From Calditrichota bacterium (GTDB taxonomy: Bacteria; Electryoneota; B3-LCP), in NCBI GenBank assembly GCA_020051775.1, contig JAGVQJ010000140.1:1-51629 (forward strand): a stretch of DNA of 51,629 bases, read 5' to 3'. A model generated the notes under the pieces. The model was given only the letters and a program-made list of their open reading frames with translations. It had not been told where the DNA came from and ran no database searches. Both the position numbers and the translations under genes were made by a program. How positions within the stretch are numbered: position 1 is the first letter of the stretch; the number at the start of each line of letters is the position of its first letter. Below are positions 40,064 through 49,582 of this stretch, piece after piece.

Positions 40064-40567
40064 ATGCGTCGAGTAAGGGGAGCGCTGTTGATGTGCATGT
40101 TGCTAGCGGCAATCGTCGCCAATGTGTACGCGACTACAACAGGTGAAAAAATCGGTGACTCCGTCTCAGATTTCACTCTTAACGATCTCGAGGGTAATAA
40201 ACACCATCTTCGTGAATACCTTAATAAAGGCCCTGTGGCTCTGTGGTTCACCAACCTCTGTAGCAACTGCCAACAGGGGTTACCACAGCTTAAGCAGACA
40301 TTCGACGACAAAAAGATAAAGTTGCTGATTATCAGCGTGCTGGGAGACGATCGAGAAACCCCGGCACGGGTCGCTAAAAAACACGATTTACGTATGCCAA
40401 TCCTGTTAGATCCGAAAGGAATGACGGTAAAACAGTTTTCTGGAGGTTACCTCCCTGATACCTGCCCTATGACAAATTTCTTCGTCATCGAGAAGACCGG
40501 AAGAGTCGCAATATGTGGTCATTATCCCGGCTTGGGTCTTTCTAAGATAAATAATTATATGAAATAA
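40064..40567 (+). CDS. TlpA/ResA-like periplasmic thiol:disulfide oxidoreductase (thioredoxin fold)
   Basis: Signal peptide. WFTNLCSNCQ (CxxC). Redoxin-like length. GGAG before ATG 40064 (alternative ATG 40052). Confidence 0.7.
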   Translation: MRRVRGALLMCMLLAAIVANVYATTTGEKIGDSVSDFTLNDLEGNKHHLREYLNKGPVALWFTNLCSNCQQGLPQLKQTFDDKKIKLLIISVLGDDRETPARVAKKHDLRMPILLDPKGMTVKQFSGGYLPDTCPMTNFFVIEKTGRVAICGHYPGLGLSKINNYMK

Positions 40568-40638
40568 AATAGCATGACCTTACCCACATGCCCAAGTACA
40601 ATTTTACGATTTAGGGTGGCGTGATCGCCGCCCTTTTT

Positions 40639-41592
40639 CTAAAACCTCGCATCCGCCTCAAGTTTATGCTCACGATACCAGCCGATGGTTTTAGTTAATC
40701 CGGTGCGTAAATCGGTGGGTGGTGTCCATCCTAGCGACTTCTTCATTTTGGCGACATCCAGGATTTTCACCATCTGGCCGTCGGGTTTGTCGCTGTTCCA
40801 GCGCAAATTGCCCTTGAAACCGGATATTTCGTTCGTTAGATCAACCAATTCCCTGATGCTCGTTCCCAATCCTGTCCCGATGTTCAACGGCTCAACGTCA
40901 TCATAACTCTCTGCCGCGCGCACGATGGCTTGAGCACAGTCTTCCACGTAGAGAAATTCGCGGATGGGCTTGCCCGTGCCCCAAACCTCGACTTCCGGTT
41001 TATTGTCCAGGGTGGCTTCGACGAATTTGCGTACCAGCGCAGCCACCACATGTGAGCGCTGTTCATTATAGGAATCCCGCGGGCCGTAGAGGTTCGTCAT
41101 GATCAGATGGATGCCCTTGAAACCATATTGCCGGCCATAAGCCCAACATTGGACCTGCATCATCTTCTTGGTCAAGCCGTAATTGCGCACAGTTTCGTGC
41201 AGGGGGCCATCCCACAATCTGTCTTCCGATAGTGTCCCCTCCAGATAGCCGGGATATGAGCAGGCCGTGCCCACCCCCACAAATTTCTTTACTCCGGCCA
41301 GGCGACAAGCCTCGATGACGTTAGCGCCCATGACCAGGTTTTCATAGAAGATGCGTCCGGGATAGACCTGGTTAATCCAGATCCCGCCGTAAAATGCCGC
41401 GCCGTGAATTACGATTTCCGGTTGGGCTTCCAGGAAGCATTTCAGGCCATCTTCCAACTTCATGAGGTTAAAATCGCGCTTGTGTGGGACGAAAACGCGT
41501 GCGCCTTCCGACTCCAGAATTTCAACCACGTGGCTGCCCAGAAATCCCGATCCCCCCGTGACAACAACACTTTTCCCCGTCCAGAATCCCAT
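40639..41592 (-). CDS. fcl: GDP-L-fucose synthase (GDP-4-keto-6-deoxy-D-mannose 3,5-epimerase/4-reductase)
   Basis: VVVTGGSGFLGS, TNLYGPRD, SHVVAALVRKFVEA, VWGTGKPIREFLYVEDCA and DKPDGQMVKILDV parallel E. coli Fcl block for block. GGAG RBS before ATG 41592. Confidence 0.88.
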   Translation of the reverse strand: MGFWTGKSVVVTGGSGFLGSHVVEILESEGARVFVPHKRDFNLMKLEDGLKCFLEAQPEIVIHGAAFYGGIWINQVYPGRIFYENLVMGANVIEACRLAGVKKFVGVGTACSYPGYLEGTLSEDRLWDGPLHETVRNYGLTKKMMQVQCWAYGRQYGFKGIHLIMTNLYGPRDSYNEQRSHVVAALVRKFVEATLDNKPEVEVWGTGKPIREFLYVEDCAQAIVRAAESYDDVEPLNIGTGLGTSIRELVDLTNEISGFKGNLRWNSDKPDGQMVKILDVAKMKKSLGWTPPTDLRTGLTKTIGWYREHKLEADARF

Positions 41593-41602
41593 TACCTGCT
41601 CC

Positions 41603-42532
41603 CTATACGTTGCTGAATTCGTTAACGACCTGAACCACGGCCATAGCACGAATCAACTCGTCTATACCCGCTTCGATGCCTATCCTCGTGGAATACCCGG
41701 TACGATTGATCTTCTCGTAAGAAACCTCGTAATTTCGTTGATCCTCATCTTTGCCGATTTCCGCGAAATGCAGGTAATAATCCACTTTCTTCTGGATCAT
41801 CTTCGCGATGTCTTCTTTGGAGAAGTTCTGTTCGTTGGAGCCTACGTTGTATACCTGGTCGCGCAGTGTGGAGAACTTTTCCAGTGCGAACACCAGGGAT
41901 TCAGCGATGTCCCTTACATTGATAAAGGTGCGTTTGAAAGAGCTCTCGTAGATGATCAAATTGCGATTCTTGACAGCCTGATAGACGAAATCGTTGATTA
42001 GCAGATCAAGACGTAGGCGAAAAGAGACACCGTACGCTGTGGCATAACGATAAACGACGACGTTGCCACGTTTCAGCAGATACTGTTCGGCGGCAGTTTT
42101 AGTGCTACCGTAGATGGTCAGCGGATTCAGTGGAGATTCTTCATTGCAGACTTCGCCTACCAGCGCGCCGTAGTTGGACCCGGTAGAAGCGAAGATTAGG
42201 GGCCGGTCATGTCGCAGGCCTTCCAACAGGACTGTCGCCTGGTGATTGATTTCTTCGGCTAATTGGGGGTTTTTCTTGCAGGCGGGAAAGCCGACAATGG
42301 CAGCCAGGTGGATTATAGCGTCCATATCCTGCAAAGCGGTGCGCACGTCTTCGATTTTGCGGACGTCTCCCTTGATGAATTCGAAATCATCAGAGGCGAA
42401 ACAGGGTAACAAAGCTTTGCCACCGTACATCAGTGAATCTAAGACCCTGACCCTATATCCTCGCTGCAACAGCATGGGCACCAGGCAGGCGCCCACGTAT
42501 CCGGCTCCTCCGGTAACCAGAATGTTTTTCAT
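41603..42532 (-). CDS. NAD-dependent epimerase/dehydratase (extended SDR family)
   Basis: ILVTGGAGYVG Rossmann motif. YGSTK (YxxxK) catalytic motif. ATG at 42532 after AAGGGGA. Confidence 0.75.
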   Translation of the reverse strand: MKNILVTGGAGYVGACLVPMLLQRGYRVRVLDSLMYGGKALLPCFASDDFEFIKGDVRKIEDVRTALQDMDAIIHLAAIVGFPACKKNPQLAEEINHQATVLLEGLRHDRPLIFASTGSNYGALVGEVCNEESPLNPLTIYGSTKTAAEQYLLKRGNVVVYRYATAYGVSFRLRLDLLINDFVYQAVKNRNLIIYESSFKRTFINVRDIAESLVFALEKFSTLRDQVYNVGSNEQNFSKEDIAKMIQKKVDYYLHFAEIGKDEDQRNYEVSYEKINRTGYSTRIGIEAGIDELIRAMAVVQVVNEFSNV

Positions 42533-42702
42533 CACAATCCCCTTCAAGAAAAGATTAAAGATTACTGGGAAAATATAACCTATCACTTGAAGGAAAGCAA
42601 AGGAATTCGTGTAAATTCAAACGGGAGGGGCATTCATAAGCAGGACGGTATAAGGTCCTTGGATGCGAAGGGAAGTGTAAAACAACCCAATGGGATACGC
42701 CG

Positions 42703-44175
42703 TCAGTGGCGGGAACTTCGTAATTCATTTTGATGAATGGAGACAATTAATGCAAAAACCGGGATCATGGGAAGATGATACCTGCCTTCGCTTATAAAGG
42801 CCATGTAAATGAGAGTCAAATACAAGGTCGGTCCCATCAATAGCCAAAATCGAGATGTAAATCCCTCTTCTTTAAAAAACATAATCACGGCGAGGAAAAA
42901 CCCAAGAAGAAGCATCGAATAATAGCCCTCCGTTCCGGCGATGAGGATCATCATCACCACCGGGGAAATTTTATCATAAGTTCCACCCGTGGCATAAGAT
43001 ACGGCTTTACTGTCTTTTGAGTACAAAAAGATTAGCTTTTTGGGCCATTTGGAGATGGCTTGAATTGGATGCGCGAAAACGAAGGACATCCCTTGCTGAT
43101 ATCCGTAGCGATCCTTTTCAGTTTCTGTGAGAGATTCCAATTTGTCTCTTGTTTCCGGCGAGATGAAGGAATTCCAATCAATGAATCCTCCACTCGTGAG
43201 AGAATTGTTCCCCATCCAGAAATGCATGCCGCCGTTGGTCGAAGAAAGGGTAAACGCTCCAAAGGCTCGATAATTCCTTATCTGCCAAGGCAGCAGCACT
43301 AATTCACCAACTAAAAAAATTAACAAAAATTGAACTGCGGCTGTGCGGAGCGAATCGCGCTTCATAATCCGGTAAATAAATAATACGAACGGCAAAAGCA
43401 TGGCAACCGATCTGATTAATACCGCCAAACCGAACACCAGACCAATGAAGATATCACCGGTTATCCCCTCGCGCTTCAGGGCTAAAAACATGACCAATAT
43501 GATGCTAAACGAGAAAAACGGATCGGATAAGATGGGGAGAGAATAGAGGGATATGGAGGGGGTTAATATCAGTATCAAGGCGGTTCTTCGGGCGGTTATT
43601 GGTCCAAACAGATGCTTAGCCATCCCGTAAGCCAATAGTATCATTCCCAATAATAGCAAAGAATTAATTGCCTGTCCAACGAAAATGGACGGACCCGTGA
43701 AACGGTACGCGATAGCCAAAAGAACTGGATATCCTATCGGCCACCAAGCAGTAGGATCGCCATCCGCTTCCAAAATTGGCTCAAAACGGGAAAAGTGCTC
43801 AGCGTACTGATAATAATTATGATCGTCATAAGTGAACAAATCGTAGGGGAGAAAATAAATCAAGGCGAGACTCAGCGCCAGTTTGAAAATGATTATAGTG
43901 ACGAGAAAATGTCTTTCACGCCAACGGTAAAGACCTAATATATTTCGTTCGCATAAATAAAGAAATATCGAAACCAATAAAAATCCCAACCCAGTGATGA
44001 TAACCCCCCAATGGCGATCCTTTAGAGCCTGCGCAATGGGGGCGTCAATGCTGCCATCAGAGGAAAGTTGCGAAGCCATCACCGGCAGGATCGGGGCACC
44101 TCCCATGATCTGGAAAAGACCGAGGCAGAGAGTGCTTATTCCAGCGATCGCGAGAAGGATGATGAATGGTTTCAT
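42703..44175 (-). CDS. GT-C fold membrane glycosyltransferase (family 39/83-like)
   Basis: Multi-TM. Periplasmic loop YDDHNYYQYAEHF..WWPIGYPVLL. Paralog of 44195..45661. AAGGAA RBS before ATG 44175. Confidence 0.65.
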   Translation of the reverse strand: MKPFIILLAIAGISTLCLGLFQIMGGAPILPVMASQLSSDGSIDAPIAQALKDRHWGVIITGLGFLLVSIFLYLCERNILGLYRWRERHFLVTIIIFKLALSLALIYFLPYDLFTYDDHNYYQYAEHFSRFEPILEADGDPTAWWPIGYPVLLAIAYRFTGPSIFVGQAINSLLLLGMILLAYGMAKHLFGPITARRTALILILTPSISLYSLPILSDPFFSFSIILVMFLALKREGITGDIFIGLVFGLAVLIRSVAMLLPFVLFIYRIMKRDSLRTAAVQFLLIFLVGELVLLPWQIRNYRAFGAFTLSSTNGGMHFWMGNNSLTSGGFIDWNSFISPETRDKLESLTETEKDRYGYQQGMSFVFAHPIQAISKWPKKLIFLYSKDSKAVSYATGGTYDKISPVVMMILIAGTEGYYSMLLLGFFLAVIMFFKEEGFTSRFWLLMGPTLYLTLIYMAFISEGRYHLPMIPVFALIVSIHQNELRSSRH

Positions 44176-44194
44176 GGGTGGTTCCTTGGAGGCT

Positions 44195-45661
44195 TCAAAT
44201 ATGTTCGTTAGAGGAAACCAGGTGTTGTACTGCCAACCAGGCGAAAATCGGCATGAGTGGCATGTGATAGCGGCCATCGGCCACGAACGGTAAATGAATA
44301 CCGATAAAGTATATGACAGTACCCGCCAACAACCACAGCCGTGGTGAACATTTTTCTTTTTTTATAAAGGCCGGGAGTGCAATTAAAAATGCCAGCCCCA
44401 ATGTGTAGTAGTAACCTTCAGTGATTACGATGAGCGCCATCAATACCGCCGGGCTAACTTGTTCTGAACTCCACATAAATCCATACGTTATGCATTTACT
44501 GTCTTTATAAAAAAGGTGAATGAACTTTTTAATCCAGGATAAAACTGTATTTGCCGGATTATGCAGCATGTAGGAAATAGCTTGCTTGGTGGCATAGCTG
44601 TCGCGTTGCTTTTCATTTAAGGCAGCTAACATCCATTTTAATGTATCGGGATGAACATAAGTGGCCTCATCAATGAATCCGCCCGTGGCCATAGGGTTGT
44701 TTCCACGCCACAGATTGTAGCCTCCATGATTAGAGACCATGACGAACTCGTCAAAGGTGCGATAGTTTCGAATTTGCCAGGGGAGAAGAATGCTTTCAGC
44801 AATTAGATAGATAATGGCTATCCGCCCCAAGACCAACTTCAAGTTTTTATTCTGAAGGTACCAGAAAAGCGCAATAATAACCGGGTAAAACACCAGTATC
44901 GGTCGCGTCAGCAAAGCCGCACCAAAAAGTATTCCAAGAGCAATGGTATTGATAATTGAGTGTCTTCTCACCACAAAATAAGCCATGACGGCAAAATAGA
45001 ATGCGAAAGGAATGTCAGCGATGGGGACGAAGGAATATAGAACCTGAGAGGGTAGGAATGCCAACAGTAATGCCGCACGGCGTGCTATCCTGTCATTGAA
45101 CAGGCGAGCGCCAATCAAGTAAGTGAACAAGGAAATAGCAGTAAGCATAAGAATATTTAAATACTGAGCTGCGAGGATGCTTGGACCAACAATTTTGAAT
45201 AGAAGCGATAACAGTAATGGGTACCCAATCGGAAAGTAAGCGGTAGGATGACCATCTTTGGTGGCTACCTCCAATCCCTTATAAAGATTTCTGGCTTGAT
45301 CCAAGTACCAGATAGAATCGGCAGCCTCTTCATATTGATAAGAGTGGATATAAATGAGACTGCCGATAACTTGAAAGCTCAGAATCAAAATAAGAAATCT
45401 GGATACTTTCCAATCGAAGATGCCGATTTTCCCACGCTCAACCAGATACAAGAAGGCTGTCATCATTCCGAGGAAGAATGCGGCTATCATCAAGCCAGGT
45501 AAAAGTCCTTCGAAGGCACGGAGGGCTAAACTGTCCAATACTCCATCAGAAGTGGCTATCTGGGCAAGTGATTCAGGTTGAAACGGCTGGAAGGTGATGG
45601 CTAAGGCTGCCAGGAGACACATTCCGCTCGCAGCCGCCAATAAGTAAATGAAACGCTTCAT
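44195..45661 (-). CDS. GT-C fold membrane glycosyltransferase (paralog)
   Basis: YEEAADSIWYLDQARNLYKG..YFPIGYPLLLSLLF parallels the neighbouring gene. Confidence 0.65.
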   Translation of the reverse strand: MKRFIYLLAAASGMCLLAALAITFQPFQPESLAQIATSDGVLDSLALRAFEGLLPGLMIAAFFLGMMTAFLYLVERGKIGIFDWKVSRFLILILSFQVIGSLIYIHSYQYEEAADSIWYLDQARNLYKGLEVATKDGHPTAYFPIGYPLLLSLLFKIVGPSILAAQYLNILMLTAISLFTYLIGARLFNDRIARRAALLLAFLPSQVLYSFVPIADIPFAFYFAVMAYFVVRRHSIINTIALGILFGAALLTRPILVFYPVIIALFWYLQNKNLKLVLGRIAIIYLIAESILLPWQIRNYRTFDEFVMVSNHGGYNLWRGNNPMATGGFIDEATYVHPDTLKWMLAALNEKQRDSYATKQAISYMLHNPANTVLSWIKKFIHLFYKDSKCITYGFMWSSEQVSPAVLMALIVITEGYYYTLGLAFLIALPAFIKKEKCSPRLWLLAGTVIYFIGIHLPFVADGRYHMPLMPIFAWLAVQHLVSSNEHI

Positions 45662-45797
45662 GAAGTATGCTCTGGTGCTTTAGTCCAAATTCCCGACAAG
45701 AATCTTGATTGGTTCCATGTTAAATATAAATGAACATGGCGAAGAAAACAAATACTTTCCTTTAATTTACTGCGACTAGAGTCCATTAAAAAAACCG

Positions 45798-45826
45798 TTG
45801 ACAAATCACTGAATATTTGTTATTTT
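45798..45826 (+). promoter_or_regulatory. sigma70-like promoter upstream of the BMC-H pair
   Basis: TTGACA (45798-45803), 17-nt spacer, TATTTT (45821-45826). AGGAGA RBS at 45853. ATG at 45863. Confidence 0.55.
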
Positions 45827-45862
45827 AAGTGAAAGGATTAATTTGCTTTACCAGGAGACAAT

Positions 45863-46174
45863 ATGCCCGGTGACACCATGCGCACTCTGGAAGCCTTGGG
45901 GATGATCGAAACCCGAGGACTGGTCGCCGCCATTGAAGCGGCCGATGCGATGGTCAAAGCCGCCAAAGTCCAGCTTGTGGGGAAAGAAAAAATCGGCGGT
46001 GGCTATGTGACAGTATTCGTTCGCGGCGATGTCGGCGCGGTGAAAGCAGCCACAGATGCCGGAGCCACAGCCGCCGAAAAGGTCGGCGAACTGGTGTCTG
46101 TCCATGTCATCCCCAGGCCGCATCAGGAAGTGGAGATCATAGTCCCCACACGCGAACACCCCAACCTGGAATAG
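45863..46174 (+). CDS. bacterial microcompartment shell protein, BMC-H (PduA/EutM/CcmK type)
   Basis: [57 protein letters not shown] is near-identical in pattern to PduA. Confidence 0.92.
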   Translation: MPGDTMRTLEALGMIETRGLVAAIEAADAMVKAAKVQLVGKEKIGGGYVTVFVRGDVGAVKAATDAGATAAEKVGELVSVHVIPRPHQEVEIIVPTREHPNLE

Positions 46175-46195
46175 GCCTTAACATAGGTGAATTAA

Positions 46196-46690
46196 ATGGC
46201 CAAATTGCAGGACAAGCCGATCCTGACAGAACGCGCTCTCGGTATGATTGAGACGACCGGTCTGGTCGGAGCTATCGAAGCCGCTGATGCTATGCTCAAA
46301 GCCGCCAGAGTACGATTGCTGGATAAAGAGCTTAGCAGCGGGGGGCTGGTAGTTATTCAGGTGCTGGGAGAGGTGGGAGCAGTACGCTCCGCCGTTGATG
46401 CCGGGGCCAAAGCCGCCGAAAGGGTAGGACAGTTGGTTGCCACGCACATCATCCCCCGCCCGCATGACGAAGTTGAAGACCGGCTGCTTTACTCGGAGGG
46501 TGGTTCCAATAATTTGCAAAAGCACACGGGCAAAAACGAGGGACCAGATCGTCTTGAAAGTTTGACAGTGACTGAATTGCGCGCTTTGGCAAGAAAAACC
46601 ACCGGATTTCCTTTATCGGGTCGCGACATCTCCAAGGCGGGTCGGGATCTGCTATTAACAGAACTGCGCAGGTTTTTTCCACCTGCCTGA
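46196..46690 (+). CDS. BMC-H shell protein with ~75-aa C-terminal extension carrying a Rho_N/SAP-like helical motif
   Basis: BMC domain ([25 protein letters not shown]...THIIPRPH). Tail ..LESLTVTELRALARKTTGFPLSGRDISKAGRDLLLTEL.. matches the L..L.V.ELR.LA...G.......K..LI..I pattern of the Rho N-terminal domain. Confidence 0.85.
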   Translation: MAKLQDKPILTERALGMIETTGLVGAIEAADAMLKAARVRLLDKELSSGGLVVIQVLGEVGAVRSAVDAGAKAAERVGQLVATHIIPRPHDEVEDRLLYSEGGSNNLQKHTGKNEGPDRLESLTVTELRALARKTTGFPLSGRDISKAGRDLLLTELRRFFPPA

Positions 46691-46710
46691 TCGTCTTAAC
46701 GAGTGACAGC

Positions 46711-47100
46711 ATGTTGCGTCCGCGATTCCGGTTCTGGGCGACCCTTAGACCTTATTCTCGCGTGATCCTTCTGTGGGCGATCATTGGCTTGATGATCGCC
46801 CTCGGCATTTGGTTGGGGGTGGATAAAAAGGTCATTGGTCTTGTGCTGGTAGTATTCGGAATCGCCACCCAGGCCTTTTCCAGTCTGCTGCTGGTCTTGG
46901 GCGCAATACCGATCGCAGGTCCGTTGATCGTAAAGGTCTTTACGCTGCCCTTTTTCTGGATTCTGAATGGTTTGGGGTACTTCCTTTCCATTTTTGCGAT
47001 CAGGCGAGGTTATTCCAAAGACGTATTCAGTTACCGCATTTTCACAATTGTGTTTCTGGTCGGACTCGTTTTTGGGTTTATTCTTGGTAAAATACTCTGA
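46711..47100 (+). CDS. small integral membrane protein (4 TM), hypothetical
   Basis: 129 aa, four hydrophobic helices. Begins 21 nt after the second BMC-H gene. Confidence 0.5.
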   Translation: MLRPRFRFWATLRPYSRVILLWAIIGLMIALGIWLGVDKKVIGLVLVVFGIATQAFSSLLLVLGAIPIAGPLIVKVFTLPFFWILNGLGYFLSIFAIRRGYSKDVFSYRIFTIVFLVGLVFGFILGKIL

Positions 47101-47110
47101 CAAAAGGCGA

Positions 47111-49504
47111 ATGGTCATGCGCAATACGACCTTAATAGCCAGCCTGGCAATGGCGGTTTCCCTGCTACCTGGGATGGCTTTAAGCTATCTCAAGCCCACT
47201 CTGAGCACAGCCACGCCACCGACCGCTTCGCAAGTATTCAAACCTGCCTGGGTTGATGATGACACCGTCATTTTTCTGGCCGATTTTGAAACTACCGGCG
47301 GAATGAATGCCTGGACCTCTTCGGACCTAACCAATCCTGGTCCCACCTGGCACCGCGACGTGTACAACGCTTATAATAACCACTCCTGGTGGGTGGGCAA
47401 GCAAACCCTAGCCGGCTATGATAACAATTGGCTACAGTACCTGGTGACGGATACTTTCAGCATATCCGGAGTTACCAATCCGCGTCTCACTTGTAAAGTT
47501 TATTGGGCAACCGAACCACCCCTTGGGCCTTTTCCAACCGGATACGATGGTTGGGATGGGTGCAACGTTTGGATATGGAATGGTTTTATCTGGCAACTAT
47601 TGATTCCCGATTTCCCAGCTTACAATACGGCCAGCCAATACGGCTTCGGATGGTTGTGGGGGATGGGATTGGGGATTCCCGCCTGGGCGGGAACTTCCGA
47701 CTGGGTTACGGCCCAATTCGATCTGTCGTCATACACTTTCCTGCCCAATGTGCGATTGCGCATAGCTTTTTGCTCTGATCCTGCCAACTGTACTGCCGAA
47801 AACACTACTTGGACCGGAATCTTCGTGGATGACATCCTGGTCACGGATGGATCCACAATATATCTTTCCGACGACGCCGAAGGCAATCCATACCCTGGGG
47901 AATCCACTTTCGCAACCGGTGATCCCTATGGCAATTATTGGGTTTTAACCACCCCGCAGGCTCATAGCCCTACGCATAGCTGGAATTGCGATGATCGTTT
48001 TTTCTTGTCGGATGCCTTGATTTCTCCCACGGTAAACATCCCCGCCGGTATGAGCACTATTTTAAGCTATTGGGTGTATTGTGACATGCCGGATTTCGAC
48101 GGCGACCACGATGATTTTTTGGATGATTACTACTATATTGAAGTGTTGCCGACCAGCAGCTCCACCTGGATACCGATAGCGTATGATTATGCCCGCAACG
48201 GATCGCAGTTACAGTGGGTGGAAAGAATTGATGGTGTTTGGAATAGTTTGCCTGTACCCATTTTGAATCTCACACCCTGGGCGGGACAATCGGTTAAACT
48301 GCGTTTCCGCACGGTAACTGATGGCGATAACAACGGCGGCATCGGTAACGGTCTGTACATTGATGATGTGACCCTGATTAGCCACATTTTGCCCAATAAT
48401 GACGTGGGCGCTTACAAACTGGTGATCCCGTTCCCCACGTATCAGGGGCAAAGCCAGGTCGCCGGATCCGTCGAATTGATCAATTACGGCGTGTTGAATC
48501 AACCGCAAGTGCCGGCCTCTTGGTCAGTTAATGGACTTACTACCCCGTTCATTCCCTGGGCGTCCATCAATGCCGGAGATACTTTAATCAGAAATTTTGC
48601 CTGGACTCCGCCTGCGTCTGGTTCCTTTGATTTCAAAGCTTTCACACACATGTCCGGCGACCAGAATCAGACAAATGACTCCAGTCATGCAGGGGTAGTC
48701 GAAGTTACACCAACGGGATTCTTCGAACTCGGCTACGATCATCGCCAACTATCTTACTTGCCGGAAACAGACCTGCTGGCCTTCAATTTTGGACAAGGAG
48801 GCGGCGCGATGGTCCATTTTACCCCTGAAACTGACGGTCTCGCCGGCACATTATATGGCAGCACCCTGAAAGTTATGTTTCGTACGGCAGGTGATTTCAC
48901 TCTGCACTTTTTCGAGAACGGGGAATTCGGCCAGCCTGGAAATGAAGTCCACAGCCGACCGATCACGCTCTCCGAAACCCAAATATTTCCCAATTGGGCT
49001 AATATTGATATTTCAGACGTTGCCTTCCTGCAAGGTGGGCACCCCGATTTCTGGGTTTGGCTGGAGGTCACTGCGCAGAATTTCACTCCCCATATCACCG
49101 GATATCTTGAAGACGCCTTTTCCTACGGGCATTTCTTCTTCCACGATAATCAAGGTACGGAGCAAACCATCATCAATTTCAATATTCGTGCGATAATGAC
49201 GGGCACAGCCGCGGTTGATCCCAATTTAGGTCTACAGCCGGCAAGCATCATGCTTCTGGCTGGGTATCCCAATCCTTTCAACAGTATGGTTCACGTTTCA
49301 TTCACTCTACCGGCGCCCGTTGATGTGCAGTTAGAGATTCTCGATCTAATGGGGCGGAGAGTTGCCACACTTGTGAACGGAAGAGTGCCCGTCGGCGAAC
49401 AAGCCGCCATCTGGGATGCGGGTGATTTTCCCTCAGGCAATTATTGGATAAGGTTAATTGCGGGTTCTCGCATAATGACGGAAAGAATCGTATTACTTAA
49501 GTGA
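47111..49504 (+). CDS. large secreted protein with T9SS C-terminal domain; shares N-terminal domain with the next gene
   Basis: ATG 47111 after AAAGGCGA. Signal peptide MVMRNTTLIASLAMAVS. YDGWDGCNVW block. C-terminal LLAGYPNPFNS...RIVLLK. Confidence 0.75.
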   Translation: MVMRNTTLIASLAMAVSLLPGMALSYLKPTLSTATPPTASQVFKPAWVDDDTVIFLADFETTGGMNAWTSSDLTNPGPTWHRDVYNAYNNHSWWVGKQTLAGYDNNWLQYLVTDTFSISGVTNPRLTCKVYWATEPPLGPFPTGYDGWDGCNVWIWNGFIWQLLIPDFPAYNTASQYGFGWLWGMGLGIPAWAGTSDWVTAQFDLSSYTFLPNVRLRIAFCSDPANCTAENTTWTGIFVDDILVTDGSTIYLSDDAEGNPYPGESTFATGDPYGNYWVLTTPQAHSPTHSWNCDDRFFLSDALISPTVNIPAGMSTILSYWVYCDMPDFDGDHDDFLDDYYYIEVLPTSSSTWIPIAYDYARNGSQLQWVERIDGVWNSLPVPILNLTPWAGQSVKLRFRTVTDGDNNGGIGNGLYIDDVTLISHILPNNDVGAYKLVIPFPTYQGQSQVAGSVELINYGVLNQPQVPASWSVNGLTTPFIPWASINAGDTLIRNFAWTPPASGSFDFKAFTHMSGDQNQTNDSSHAGVVEVTPTGFFELGYDHRQLSYLPETDLLAFNFGQGGGAMVHFTPETDGLAGTLYGSTLKVMFRTAGDFTLHFFENGEFGQPGNEVHSRPITLSETQIFPNWANIDISDVAFLQGGHPDFWVWLEVTAQNFTPHITGYLEDAFSYGHFFFHDNQGTEQTIINFNIRAIMTGTAAVDPNLGLQPASIMLLAGYPNPFNSMVHVSFTLPAPVDVQLEILDLMGRRVATLVNGRVPVGEQAAIWDAGDFPSGNYWIRLIAGSRIMTERIVLLK

Positions 49505-49582
49505 GGGATCAGACTTGGAACATCAAGAACCTAACTTCATAGATGAGTCATTGTTAAATTTGTACAACTTAAGGAGGATAGT

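Noticed and set aside
41603-42532. Calling the SDR gene GDP-mannose 4,6-dehydratase (gmd) because it neighbours fcl
   Set aside because: Lacks Gmd-specific blocks and is shorter than typical Gmd. Only the generic epimerase/dehydratase fold is supportable.
46178-47124. 115-aa and 142-aa minus-strand ORFs over the BMC genes and downstream membrane protein
   Set aside because: Antisense to strongly conserved BMC-H sequences. No independent support.
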